This document shows, piece by piece, positions 27,488-36,773 of a stretch of DNA of 64,000 nucleotides (the first letter of the stretch is position 1; the number at the start of each line of letters is the position of its first letter). The stretch comes from a virus. Lineage: Duplodnaviria > Caudoviricetes. The stretch is from the IMG/VR virus record IMGVR_UViG_3300046678_000420, positions 1 through 64,000 of that record; one strand, 5' to 3'. The translations under genes were made by a program, and so were the position numbers. Below the pieces are notes generated by a model. It ran no database searches. It saw only the letters and a program-made list of their open reading frames with translations, and was not told the DNA's origin.

Positions 27488-27962
27488 GAAGTACCGGGGT
27501 CACCTGTCCGTTCCCTATGTGACTAGGGCCGGGATCGTGGCCATGAGGTTCCGTCGCATCGGCGACGGCGCAGGCCCCAAGTACCTTTCCGAACCGGGCG
27601 AAGAATCGCGCCTATACCACCCCGAGGGCTTCTTTCGACACGAGCGCTACATCTGCTTGTGCGAAGGCGAGATAGACACGATGACCGCCGTTCAGGCCGG
27701 GCTACCGGCCGTGGGCGTGCCGGGGGCGAACTCGTGGGCCCGGTTCTTCTACCGGGCCTTTGACGGCTACGACGCCGTGTTCATCCTCGCCGACCAGGAC
27801 GACAAGGGAGCCGGACAAGGCTTCGCCGAGAAGGTAGCTGGCCAGATCAAGGCCGCTCGCATCATCCCCATGACCCATCAGGGCCAGGGCCACGACGTCA
27901 ATTCGCTCGTCATGGAGCACGGCGCGGACGCGCTGATATCAAAGATCGGAGTTGAGCTGTGA
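27315..27962 (+). CDS. Primase TOPRIM catalytic part
   Basis: FRLG, MRFRR, KYL, CEGEIDTM, GVPG, DQDDKGAG, DVNS. Confidence 0.88.
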   Translation: MKLASSRLAYLAQATETYSKALRGSLADEYLTTKRGLSADSKTYFRLGFVADPLPGHEKYRGHLSVPYVTRAGIVAMRFRRIGDGAGPKYLSEPGEESRLYHPEGFFRHERYICLCEGEIDTMTAVQAGLPAVGVPGANSWARFFYRAFDGYDAVFILADQDDKGAGQGFAEKVAGQIKAARIIPMTHQGQGHDVNSLVMEHGADALISKIGVEL

Positions 27963-28264
27963 GCATCAAGTACCCGCCTGGCCTGATGAAGTTCGGGATC
28001 TCGTCGTCTGACTTGGGCCTGGCCGTGAACGTGTTCCTGTTCGGTGCGGTCGAGCGCATCAGCGGGACCGGCGCAGAGCAGTACGAGAAGCGCGACAAGA
28101 ACGGCGCGCCGTTCCAGGCGTTCGAGGAGATGACCCCGCTTGAACTGGTCCGGGCGGCTCGGGAAGAGGTGCAGGACCTCGGCGTGTACGCCGCGATGAC
28201 GGATCTCCGGTTGGCCCGGCTGCAATCGTCCCTCGCGGGCACGGTCGTGGGTGATGCCCGATGA
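27959..28264 (+). CDS. Hypothetical protein
   Basis: Coupled GTGA overlap; G.EQY..FE...REE..D pattern. Confidence 0.65.
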   Translation: MSIKYPPGLMKFGISSSDLGLAVNVFLFGAVERISGTGAEQYEKRDKNGAPFQAFEEMTPLELVRAAREEVQDLGVYAAMTDLRLARLQSSLAGTVVGDAR

Positions 28265-28623
28265 GTGACATCAGGGTTGAGCTGGACTTGGAACCGGCGG
28301 CCCTCGCCGGGATCTACCGGTGGCACGGCTGGCCCCTGGCCCTATGCGAGGAATCCACGCCTACGGCCGACGACATCACGGAGCTGGTGACACACGTGGT
28401 GACGGAGGTTGCCGCCGTTGACCCCGGCTCGTACGTCTCCCTCGGCCGGGTGCTGGCCATCCGAGACACGGAGATGCCGCACGCAATCGAGGTCGCGCTA
28501 GTCATCGGCGTGGCCTGGATCGGAGACGACGAAGACCCCGACGCTCCCGCGCCGGCGAACCGCTTTACAGACGGCGCCGCGGACTGGGGCCACGACATCC
28601 TGAACGAGGGGGAGAGCAAGTGA
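28261..28623 (+). CDS. Hypothetical acidic protein
   Basis: ATGA overlaps on both sides. Confidence 0.6.
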   Translation: MSDIRVELDLEPAALAGIYRWHGWPLALCEESTPTADDITELVTHVVTEVAAVDPGSYVSLGRVLAIRDTEMPHAIEVALVIGVAWIGDDEDPDAPAPANRFTDGAADWGHDILNEGESK

Positions 28624-29384
28624 GCGACTGGAAAACGATTCTGTGCCTGCCGGACTACCAGGTTCCTTACCATGACGCGAAGCTGGTCCGGACGCTGACG
28701 CGGCTGGTGGGTGACCTTCAGCCGGACACGGTCGTTCACGTCGGCGATTTCCTCGACAGCCCGGAGCCGTCGCGCTGGTCTCGCGGCGCGGCAGGCGAGT
28801 ACGCCGGGACCCTTCAGAAGTCGCTCGACCAGGCAACCGACGTCCTCATAGATCTGCGCGTGGTCTATGACGGCCCGATCGTGCTGAAGCTCGGCAACCA
28901 CGACCGACGCATTCAGGACTACGTCCGCCGGTACGCTCCGGCGCTGGCGCCGCTGCGGGCACTGGACTTCGGGCGGCTCATCGGCGCGGACCGTCTGAAC
29001 GTGGAGATCTGCCACGGCGTCTACGAGGTCGCCCCCGGCTGGCTCGTCGCCCACGGCGATGAGGGCTCGTTGTCGCGGTACGCGGGCGGCACGGCCGCCG
29101 GTCTGGCCCAGAAGTTCGGCAAGAGCGTGGTCTGTGGGCACACGCACCGCGCGGGCCTGATCCCCCACTCGACCGGCTACAACGGCCGGACCCGGTCCCT
29201 GTTCGGGATGGAGGTCGGGCACGCCATGGACCTGAAGCGCGCGGGCTACCTGAAGGCGGGGGCAGCCAACTGGCAACAGGCTTTCGGCGTCTTGAGGACC
29301 AACGGCAAGACCACCATCCCGACCCTTGTCCCTGTGGTTGATCGACGGTTCACCTTTGACGGTGCCGTCTACGACGTGAAGTGA
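28620..29384 (+). CDS. Calcineurin-like metallophosphoesterase
   Basis: PDYQ, GDFLD, GNHD, AHGD, GHTHR. Confidence 0.88.
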   Translation: MSDWKTILCLPDYQVPYHDAKLVRTLTRLVGDLQPDTVVHVGDFLDSPEPSRWSRGAAGEYAGTLQKSLDQATDVLIDLRVVYDGPIVLKLGNHDRRIQDYVRRYAPALAPLRALDFGRLIGADRLNVEICHGVYEVAPGWLVAHGDEGSLSRYAGGTAAGLAQKFGKSVVCGHTHRAGLIPHSTGYNGRTRSLFGMEVGHAMDLKRAGYLKAGAANWQQAFGVLRTNGKTTIPTLVPVVDRRFTFDGAVYDVK

Positions 29385-29393
29385 GGTGAGCTG

Positions 29394-29975
29394 TTGCTGA
29401 CGCATGACGACTACGAGCGGGTGTCTGAGATCGTGAAGCGGGCCGCTCGGGGCCTCGCTAAGTCCTGGCCGGGCATCGACGGGGAGGACATCGAGCAAGA
29501 GATCTGGGTGGGCCTGGTCAAGGACTGGCCGAAGCTCCCGGATGATGACGGCCTGATCCGGCATCGTGCTTGGAAGCACGGCCTGAAGTACTGCCACGAC
29601 GAGCGGTATTTCTACACGCTGCGCTCGGCGGAGTGGGTCTACACCCCGAGCGAGGTACGGGCCCTGTTTCGGGACTGCTTCTTTGACCCCGTGTGGTGGG
29701 AGGACATGCCCACGAAGGAAGCGGACAACAGCCTCAAGGCCGGGGGCGTGGTCGTGCTTCTGTGGGACCTGCGGAACGTCTGGGACTCGCTGAGTGACGA
29801 CCAGCGGGAGGACATCGGCCGCGTGTACCGGGATCAGGCCGAGGTGACCTCCGCCGAGCGGAAGGCGTGTCAGAGGGCCGTTGACGTCGCCACGGAGAAG
29901 CTGAACCGGCGGATGGAGTATCAGACGCTTGTCCGCCGTGGGGTTGACGCGGACCGGGAGGCGCTTCGAGTGTGA
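29394..29975 (+). CDS. Sigma-factor-like transcription regulator
   Basis: EDIEQEIW; C-terminal LSDDQRE..HTH. Confidence 0.6.
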   Translation: MLTHDDYERVSEIVKRAARGLAKSWPGIDGEDIEQEIWVGLVKDWPKLPDDDGLIRHRAWKHGLKYCHDERYFYTLRSAEWVYTPSEVRALFRDCFFDPVWWEDMPTKEADNSLKAGGVVVLLWDLRNVWDSLSDDQREDIGRVYRDQAEVTSAERKACQRAVDVATEKLNRRMEYQTLVRRGVDADREALRV

Positions 29976-30003
29976 GCCGGCCGCGAGCTGTAAAGCGAAC
30001 CGC

Positions 30004-30034
30004 AGGCCCCTGGTCTTCTGGCCGGGGGCCTTTT
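30004..30034 (+). terminator. Stem-loop terminator after replication operon
   Basis: ggcccctgg-tcttctgg-ccgggggcc-tttt. Confidence 0.6.
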
Positions 30035-30116
30035 GGCGCTCTTGACGAGACTCCGTTCCGCCGTAAGGCTCCATAGGAGCGCAACATTCGACAACCTTTG
30101 AGGCAGGGGACAGACA

Positions 30117-30335
30117 GTGCGCCTAACATTCATCGGCAAGGACCCGGAGTCGAATCCGAACGGCTCACCAACCGTGTACCGCACGGACCGAGGAACCTGG
30201 GTGGTGCAGGGCTGGGACATCACTGATCCCGCTGTGCTTGCTCAGATGCACATCCCCGAGGGTGAGACGTGCGTGGAGATCCCGGATCGGATGCTTCAGT
30301 TCTTCAGTCAGGAAGGTCATGGAGTCGATCAGTGA
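30117..30335 (+). CDS. Small conserved actinomycete protein associated with XRE/DUF6879 triads
   Basis: FIGKDPES..SPTVY.TD...VVQGW..VEIP. Confidence 0.75.
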   Translation: MRLTFIGKDPESNPNGSPTVYRTDRGTWVVQGWDITDPAVLAQMHIPEGETCVEIPDRMLQFFSQEGHGVDQ

Positions 30336-30837
30336 GGGTGAGTTCGGCGAGCTGCTGACCACGTTCAAGCGCGACGCGATCCACCTCGAACAGCGCGACG
30401 CCTACGGCACTGAGATTGAGCTGCCGTACATGGCGAAGTGGGCGGCCGGGGAGCCGGATGACCTGGCGTGGCTCAACGAGTGGTGCGAGTCGCTGCGGGA
30501 GCATGTTGCGGCTGGCCGGTCGGTGCGGCGTGCCCGCATCGTCTCCGAACCTTTGAGCGACTATCAGCGCTGGTCGTACAGCATCGCTCAGCCGATGGTC
30601 GATGCTGGCGAAGATATCCGTTGGGTTCCTCGCCGCCGGGTGTCGTCGCTTGCCCTGCCGGGTAACGACTACTACCTGTTTGACGATCGACTTGCCGTGT
30701 TCCTGATCTACGCGGGTAACGGGCTCGCGGTGGACCGGCTTGCTTCCACTGATCCCGCCGACCTGAAGCTATGCCGGTCGGCGTTTGAAGAGGTGTGGAA
30801 GCTGTCCATCCCGCACCGTGACTACGAAGCCGTCTAG
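30319..30837 (+). CDS. DUF6879-like protein
   Basis: HLEQRDAY, RRARIVSEPLSDYQRW, GEDIRWVPR, LPGNDYYLFD. Confidence 0.75.
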   Translation: MESISEGEFGELLTTFKRDAIHLEQRDAYGTEIELPYMAKWAAGEPDDLAWLNEWCESLREHVAAGRSVRRARIVSEPLSDYQRWSYSIAQPMVDAGEDIRWVPRRRVSSLALPGNDYYLFDDRLAVFLIYAGNGLAVDRLASTDPADLKLCRSAFEEVWKLSIPHRDYEAV

Positions 30838-31687
30838 CGCCGCGCAGCAAGCGCGCGAGGCACTTGGGGTTCGTCTGCGCGATCTACGCAAAGACGCTGA
30901 CCTGACTGCCCGTGCGCTTGCTGCGGAGACCGGCATTCACTACACGCGGATCAGCAAGGTTGAGAACGGTTCCGTCTCCCCTTCTGAGCACGAGGTTCAT
31001 ACCTGGTGCCGGGCGTGCGGGGCTGAGGACCAGGACCCGGACCTTATCGCCACTCTGCGGACCGTTGAGTCAGCCTACGTCGAGCACCGACGCCAGAGCC
31101 GATCAGGCATGAAGCGCGTTCTTGGGGCGCACACGCCCCAGCTCTACGAACAGACCCAGGTGTTCCGGATCTATGAACACAACGTCGTGCCGGGGCTGTT
31201 CCAGACGGCTGACTACACCCGGTCCATGCTGGAGTTCTGGATCAGGTTTCTCAACACCCCGAACGACGTTGACGAAGCGCTGGCCGTCCGCGTTCAGCGT
31301 CAACAGGTGATCTACCGGCCGGATAAGCGTTTCTTCGTCGTGTTGGAAGAGCAGGCGCTTCGGACCTGGTTCGGGAGCGCGGAAGTCCAGGCCGGTCAGC
31401 TCGACCGGTTGTTGACTGTGATGTCCCTGCCGAACGTGTCGCTAGGGATCATTCCCCTGATGATTGAGCGTGACGGTGTGGCATCCGCCGGATTCTGGAT
31501 CTTCGATGATCTGCTTGTCGCGTTGGAGACTCCGACAGCTGGTATCGAGGTGACTCGCCCTCAGGAGATCGGGCTCTATGCCCGCATGTTCGATCACATG
31601 AAGGCTTCCGCCGTCTATGGCGCAAGTGCCCGTGCGCTAATCACACGAGCGTCCGAGGAGACCATGAACGGTCGCGAGTACGGGTGA
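30818..31687 (+). CDS. XRE-family HTH regulator with DUF5753 domain
   Basis: LRDLRK..ISKVENG; YE..VVPGLFQTADY; EEQAL; VETP-like ALETP. Confidence 0.88.
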   Translation: MTTKPSSAAQQAREALGVRLRDLRKDADLTARALAAETGIHYTRISKVENGSVSPSEHEVHTWCRACGAEDQDPDLIATLRTVESAYVEHRRQSRSGMKRVLGAHTPQLYEQTQVFRIYEHNVVPGLFQTADYTRSMLEFWIRFLNTPNDVDEALAVRVQRQQVIYRPDKRFFVVLEEQALRTWFGSAEVQAGQLDRLLTVMSLPNVSLGIIPLMIERDGVASAGFWIFDDLLVALETPTAGIEVTRPQEIGLYARMFDHMKASAVYGASARALITRASEETMNGREYG

Positions 31688-31749
31688 CCGATAGGCAACA
31701 TCTGTCAACTTCGTAGACGCGGTCTCAGTGCCCTTCTTAACGTCGGACC

Positions 31750-32076
31750 ATGACGCAGAGGAGCGCGAGCGCACCCATGAGTGAAGAGAACCCCACCCCC
31801 CGCCGCGTCCTAGCGCTGCTTGCGGAGGAACCCTCCTATCTGCCCATGCGGACGGTACGGCTTCCTGACGGGCTGACCCTCGGCGAGGTCACCTCGGGCG
31901 ACCTGATCGGGGTTGAAGGCCGCTGGTATCCGGTCCTCGGGTGCACGTCGGTCAACGGATGGGTCACGGTGGACCGGTCCGGCGCAACGAATCTGACGGC
32001 GCACGAGTCCACGCCTGTTTACCTCGCGCGGAGGGAGCCGGTCCGTGAGCCCGTGGCCCAGGGCCAGCGGCCATGA
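31750..32076 (+). CDS. Hypothetical protein
   Basis: ORF track; coupled to next ORF. Confidence 0.55.
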   Translation: MTQRSASAPMSEENPTPRRVLALLAEEPSYLPMRTVRLPDGLTLGEVTSGDLIGVEGRWYPVLGCTSVNGWVTVDRSGATNLTAHESTPVYLARREPVREPVAQGQRP

Positions 32077-32312
32077 GCGGGACGGCAGCAACCGCGAGAG
32101 CGCAGGACCTTAAGGCCGGTCAACGCGTCTACATAGGCCGCCTTGGTCGCTGGTGCACCCTGTCCGCTGATGCCAAGACGCACCGTCTCTCACGGAATCT
32201 GATCCGGCTGGAGTTCGCCGAGATACCGAACGAGTACCGCAGGGTCAACGAAGCGGTACAGGTCCGGCCGCCGCGCCGAAGGGTCGGCGCCGACGCCGGC
32301 CGCGAGCTGTAA
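32073..32312 (+). CDS. Hypothetical protein
   Basis: ATGA overlap; ends at a palindrome site. Confidence 0.55.
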   Translation: MSGTAATARAQDLKAGQRVYIGRLGRWCTLSADAKTHRLSRNLIRLEFAEIPNEYRRVNEAVQVRPPRRRVGADAGREL

Positions 32313-32412
32313 AGCAAGCCGCGGCCTTTTGAACCACCCGCCTGCTCGTGACTTCCCCCCGTGGCGCGGGCGGGCGGGTGTTCCACAACCACCCCCGAAG
32401 GAACGAAGCCCG

Positions 32413-32592
32413 TTGAGCGAGAAGAACGACCCGCCGAACATCAGCGGGATTCCGCAGTTGGACGCCTACCTTGCAACGCGCCTGACCCCCGAGGAGCAGG
32501 AGCAGATGCGGCAGACCTACGTCGATGGAGACCCGGAGGGCAGTCAGGCGATCGTGAACAAGGCGAACATCCGCAACGAGAACAAGAAGTAG
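32413..32592 (+). CDS. Small hypothetical protein
   Basis: TTG start after GAAGG; high-GC3 codons. Confidence 0.5.
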   Translation: MSEKNDPPNISGIPQLDAYLATRLTPEEQEQMRQTYVDGDPEGSQAIVNKANIRNENKK

Positions 32593-32596
32593 AGCC

Positions 32597-32785
32597 GTGG
32601 TTTACGAACCGCCGCCGAATCCTGACGACTGGATCTGTGACGCACTGCCCTCGCGCCGCACGTCGGAGTCGTCGGACACGCGTCACGCGGCCCTTTACCG
32701 CCAGGAAGAGCCGATCACGTGGGATGCGATACGCGCTGCACGGCCCGTCTACGAACCGCGCCACGGCGGCCTGACAGCCCGCTAG
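32597..32785 (+). CDS. Small hypothetical protein
   Basis: ORF track; follows previous stop closely. Confidence 0.4.
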   Translation: MVYEPPPNPDDWICDALPSRRTSESSDTRHAALYRQEEPITWDAIRAARPVYEPRHGGLTAR

Positions 32786-32817
32786 TCATGCATGTCCCTC
32801 CGAGCAAGGGAGAGCAC

Positions 32818-33366
32818 ATGAACAGGAAAGTAATCGCGACGCTGATCCTTGCCGGACTGGTCATCGTCAGCACGAGCGGAGCGTCCGGCGGATGCGGGAG
32901 TGGCGGCGACGGAGGCACATCCGCGCCTGCGGTGGGGGCGGGTGGCGAACAGTCCGCTCCGAGCGAGGAGCACAGTTCAGCCGAGGAGACGGCCGACGAG
33001 CCGAGCGAGCCACCGGACGAGGGACACGACCCGTGCAACGCCCACCTGTCGCCGATCACAGTAGGTCACAAGGTCTCAGCAACCCTCACGGTCGGGCCGT
33101 GCGCCGACCAGCCCGAGGAGTACAGCGGGTCTTTGACGCTCCAGTACGGGACCGGCGAACTTCCCCACCTGAAGTGGACGACAGCGACTCTCATCCCGAT
33201 CTACAGCGAGAACGCGACGCAACCGATCTCGGCTCCGTGCCAAGATGCGTACTGGGTGGTCGTGTACGACGCGGCCGGACGTGACGCCCACGGGAAAGAC
33301 TTCCAGAGCACTCACAGCGTCTTCCTCGAAGAGAACCAATTCCCACGGAAGGCGAACTGTCCATGA
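32818..33366 (+). CDS. Secreted protein or lipoprotein
   Basis: Basic N-terminus, hydrophobic stretch, SGGC; Cys pairs in C-terminal domain. Confidence 0.6.
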   Translation: MNRKVIATLILAGLVIVSTSGASGGCGSGGDGGTSAPAVGAGGEQSAPSEEHSSAEETADEPSEPPDEGHDPCNAHLSPITVGHKVSATLTVGPCADQPEEYSGSLTLQYGTGELPHLKWTTATLIPIYSENATQPISAPCQDAYWVVVYDAAGRDAHGKDFQSTHSVFLEENQFPRKANCP

Positions 33367-33779
33367 GCGAAGAACCCGCCGCCCCCGTTGCGGCGCTTGT
33401 GGGCGTCCCCGCCGGTACAGGTAGCGCCTTCATCCCCGACTACAAGTTCCCGGGGGCCACGCGCCTGCGCACGGCGGTCGGTTCAACTCTCCTGTTCGCG
33501 CTCGTCAACCATCCCCGAGCCACTGACCCCGAAGTCCGAGAGCGGTACCAGCGCCACCGGCACGACTTCCAGGACACAGAGCTTGTGGTGAACGGCGAGA
33601 CCTATCCGGCGGTCGAAGTCCAAGACGCCGAGATCGGCATCCGCGTTCGCGCTGCGGCTGTGAACGGCCTCACTGTGGTCACCACGTTCCCGGTTGATCA
33701 GAACGTCCCCGGCGTCCGCGTGACGTGGCCGGAGAGTGGCGACGCCGACCGGTCTCCTGACGCCGGCCAAGCGCTGTAA
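33363..33779 (+). CDS. Hypothetical protein
   Basis: ATGA overlap with previous gene. Confidence 0.55.
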   Translation: MSEEPAAPVAALVGVPAGTGSAFIPDYKFPGATRLRTAVGSTLLFALVNHPRATDPEVRERYQRHRHDFQDTELVVNGETYPAVEVQDAEIGIRVRAAAVNGLTVVTTFPVDQNVPGVRVTWPESGDADRSPDAGQAL

Positions 33780-34030
33780 AGCGCGCGTGTGAGCCGTACC
33801 CCACACGCGCTATGCTGATCCCTGCTTCCTCGTTCAACGCTTTCCTTTCGAGGTGTGTTGTGACTTGCTGGCAATCGAGTTGAGGAAGCGCAGAGCCCCC
33901 GCCCTAGTGGCGGGGGTTTTGCTTTTCACCTGCGGGTTCGGAATTATCTATAACTCGCTTGACGCAAGGTGGGTGGAGGTCTTATCGTTTTGCCATGCCC
34001 GAGGGGGCATGGAAACGGACGGTTGCCAGC

Positions 34031-34135
34031 ATGTCTAAGTCGTTCAGCAAGGGCGAGCGTAAGACCTCCGGAAAGTCTGATCGGGAGTTCCGCCGGATGC
34101 GGAAGACGGCCCGGAAGGCGGAGGGGGAAAAGTGA
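34031..34135 (+). CDS. Small basic peptide (34 aa)
   Basis: Read directly: MSKSFSKGERK..KAEGEK; stop overlaps next GTG. Confidence 0.45.
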   Translation: MSKSFSKGERKTSGKSDREFRRMRKTARKAEGEK

Positions 34136-34857
34136 AGAAATCCCCGAAGGACAAGAAGAAGTCGGTCGCGCGGTACCCGGTCGCGTTGGTGTTCACGCTG
34201 CTCGCGGCCGGTGTGTACGTGAACGTGCGGCACGGTGCGGCTCACGGCAAGCCGCTGAAGCTGTACCCGATTGAGGCCGGGGTCATATCGGCGCTGCCAA
34301 CGCTGATCACCGCTGCGAGCATTCACCTCCTGGTCCTCACGTTCGAGGGGAAGCGACGCCCCGCAAAGCTCCACGGGTTCCTTGCCCGCCTGGGAGTTCT
34401 CGGGATCTCAGCGGCTGCGTTCCGGGTCTCGTATGACGCCTGGACCACGGTAAGCAAGGCGGCCGGTATCCGGGGCAGCCTGAGCGGCTATCTCCCATGG
34501 ATCACGGAGGGGTTCTTGGCCTTCGCGGTCTACGCGGCGTGGGTGGTGCAGATGCAGAATCGGGATGAGGAAGTCCCGGGGGAGCCTCAGGCTCCTGTCG
34601 CGCCGGTCATCCCGAACACGGTGGAAGAGATGCAAGACGAGTGGGCTAAGGAGCCCCCGCAGGCGGAGCCAATGCCCGCGCCTGCGATACCGGAACCGGA
34701 GGTAACGAGCCCTTCGGCGAGCCAGTTTCCGGGGCCCGCAGCTCCCGCCCTTCGCGGGGCCGCTGACTTCATGGCCATGGCCAACCAGGCGACGCACCCT
34801 AATACCCGCGCCTACTGGATGAAGCTTCATCACGCTCAAGGCAAGACCCAGATCTGA
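34132..34857 (+). CDS. Multi-TM membrane protein, DUF2637/SpdA-like, Pro-rich tail
   Basis: Four hydrophobic segments; AAAFRVSY..LPWITEG. Confidence 0.65.
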   Translation: MKKSPKDKKKSVARYPVALVFTLLAAGVYVNVRHGAAHGKPLKLYPIEAGVISALPTLITAASIHLLVLTFEGKRRPAKLHGFLARLGVLGISAAAFRVSYDAWTTVSKAAGIRGSLSGYLPWITEGFLAFAVYAAWVVQMQNRDEEVPGEPQAPVAPVIPNTVEEMQDEWAKEPPQAEPMPAPAIPEPEVTSPSASQFPGPAAPALRGAADFMAMANQATHPNTRAYWMKLHHAQGKTQI

Positions 34858-34871
34858 GAGGCGCTGAACTA

Positions 34872-35240
34872 GTGGAAATCGTGATTCGACGGGTGGCTGA
34901 CGACTTGGACAACACGCAGGACGCGACGGAGACCATTCCGTTCGCCTTCGACGGCATGGACCTTGAGATTGACCTCTCGGAGGCCAACGCTCTTGAGTTC
35001 CGGCTGATGATGGCGCGGTACGTCAACGCAGCCCGGCCGCGCGTGAAGAAGGCCCCGAAGGGGAAGGCCCGCAAGTCCTCCTCGGGCTACGACGTGCCGA
35101 AGGTGCGGAGGTGGTGGGGCGAGAGCTGGGAGGCGGAGGGTTTGCCGGAGCCATCGGACCGGGCCCGCATCCCGAACGCGGTCAGGGACCGGGCGATAGA
35201 GCGGGGCGTGATTGCGCCTCTTCTGCAACTGGCTGCCTGA
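34872..35240 (+). CDS. lsr2: Lsr2-like protein, divergent paralogue
   Basis: DDLD..FAFDG..EIDLSEAN; C-terminal VRRW..DRARIP. Confidence 0.8.
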   Translation: MEIVIRRVADDLDNTQDATETIPFAFDGMDLEIDLSEANALEFRLMMARYVNAARPRVKKAPKGKARKSSSGYDVPKVRRWWGESWEAEGLPEPSDRARIPNAVRDRAIERGVIAPLLQLAA

Positions 35241-35249
35241 GAGACAGAG

Positions 35250-35281
35250 AACCCCCGGGGCTACGGCTCCGGGGGTTTTTC
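35250..35281 (+). terminator. Terminator after first lsr2
   Basis: aacccccggggc-tacg-gctccgggggtt-ttt. Confidence 0.7.
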
Positions 35282-35404
35282 GTGCTCTCACTCTGTGCCG
35301 GCCAGGTGCTTTAAAGCCGGTTGGATGGATGATTCGGGTTGCTTGGATGTGCGCGCGTCGGGCATCATCACCGACGACAGGCTTTCTACAGAATGGTTGG
35401 ACCA

Positions 35405-35746
35405 GTGGCCAAGCGGGTTATTGAGGTTTTCAACGACGACTTGGACGGCACCGAGGGCGCCAGCACCGTGAAGTTTGGTCTTGACGGCAAGTCGTATGAG
35501 ATCGACCTCGGGTCGAAGAACGAAAAGGCGCTCAGGAAGGTGCTGGAAAAGTACGTGGCGGCAGCCACCCCGGTACGGGCGAGCGATGCAGGTCCGGGGC
35601 GCCGTAAGTACGGCACCGGCCCTGTACGCCGGGACACGAAGCACATCCGTGAGTGGCTGCGCGGTCAGGGCGTCGAGATCAGCGACCGAGGCCGTATCCC
35701 CACGGACCTCATGCAGCGCTACCAGGCTGCGAACCCCGGCCGCTGA
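35405..35746 (+). CDS. lsr2: Lsr2 nucleoid-associated protein
   Basis: MAKRV..DDLDG..VKFGLDGKSYEIDL..N; IREW..G..ISDRGRIP. Confidence 0.92.
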   Translation: MAKRVIEVFNDDLDGTEGASTVKFGLDGKSYEIDLGSKNEKALRKVLEKYVAAATPVRASDAGPGRRKYGTGPVRRDTKHIREWLRGQGVEISDRGRIPTDLMQRYQAANPGR

Positions 35747-36052
35747 AGGCGCGCGTTAAGGGCCAGCCTTCGGGCTGGCCCTTCGTCATGCCGGCGGGGA
35801 GCTTTACAGCTCCCCGCGGTTCGTCTGTGGCGCTGCCAGCGGTCAGACAGAAGCTACTTTGTCGCTGTCATCTTCGTGGCTGTGTCCTGGTCGGCCGCGT
35901 CCTCGGCTCTTTCGGCTTCAAGGATCTTCGTCAGCTTGCTTCTGGCTCGCTTGAGGTGCCGCTTGCTGCCCCTGGAGCTTATGAGGAGATCCGGGTTCGG
36001 CTCGAACGGCGGGAGTTTGGCCATGGGGTGCTCCTACGTGGGCGTTTGGTAC

Positions 36053-36550
36053 TCACAGCTTAAGTGCGGTCACCGACACGAGCAAGCCTAGTCCTACCGA
36101 CAGAAAGAGGGCGGACCATCCTAGAAGCAGGCTCTTGAGCCCGACATCCAGCTCATCGAGTTGGTAGGCCCCAACGGTGGTATCGATGATCAACAACAGT
36201 GCATCATCTGGATCTTTATCAGCCAGGTCACGCAGCTCACGGGGCCCTTCAGTCACTCTAGACCCACGAAGAAAGAACAACACTACCGCAGCAATTAAAC
36301 CGGACAGGGCCGCTGCTGCTTGGGCCGCCAACGCAAGATTTCCGGGGTCAGCGGCTTGCGCAATAAAGCCAACCACAAGGCCATCGAAACCAAGCAGTAA
36401 ACCAGCTTTGGCATCGATTGCCCGCGTATATTTTTCCTGGGCCTTGACGCGCATAGCTATTGCTTGTCGAACCACGTCTAGCGCGGGGTACTTGGGCGGG
36501 TCAGGAGCGGGCGCTGGTTCACCAGGTCCTATGGTCGGGGCTGCGCACAT
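36053..36550 (-). CDS. Membrane protein, PycTM/DUF5706-like
   Basis: AIDAKAGLLLGFDG, second TM, C-terminal K..LL.W TM; lower GC. Confidence 0.55.
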   Translation of the reverse strand: MCAAPTIGPGEPAPAPDPPKYPALDVVRQAIAMRVKAQEKYTRAIDAKAGLLLGFDGLVVGFIAQAADPGNLALAAQAAAALSGLIAAVVLFFLRGSRVTEGPRELRDLADKDPDDALLLIIDTTVGAYQLDELDVGLKSLLLGWSALFLSVGLGLLVSVTALKL

Positions 36551-36773
36551 GGATATTATCCCACCCTGTTGATTGTTCTCGCGCCACTTGGAAGGCCGCC
36601 CGAGGCTGCCACAAAGGCAGCCGTTCGGGGGACGACGTGGGTTTTGCATGTGTGGAGGCGTCGCCCGCACGGTCGCATGAATGAACCCCACCAGCCGCTA
36701 CGTCAGCGGGCCGGAGTGCAGGTTGGCGTTGGTCGTTGCATCGTGAAGCGATCGCCTACGTCAAGGAGGACCA

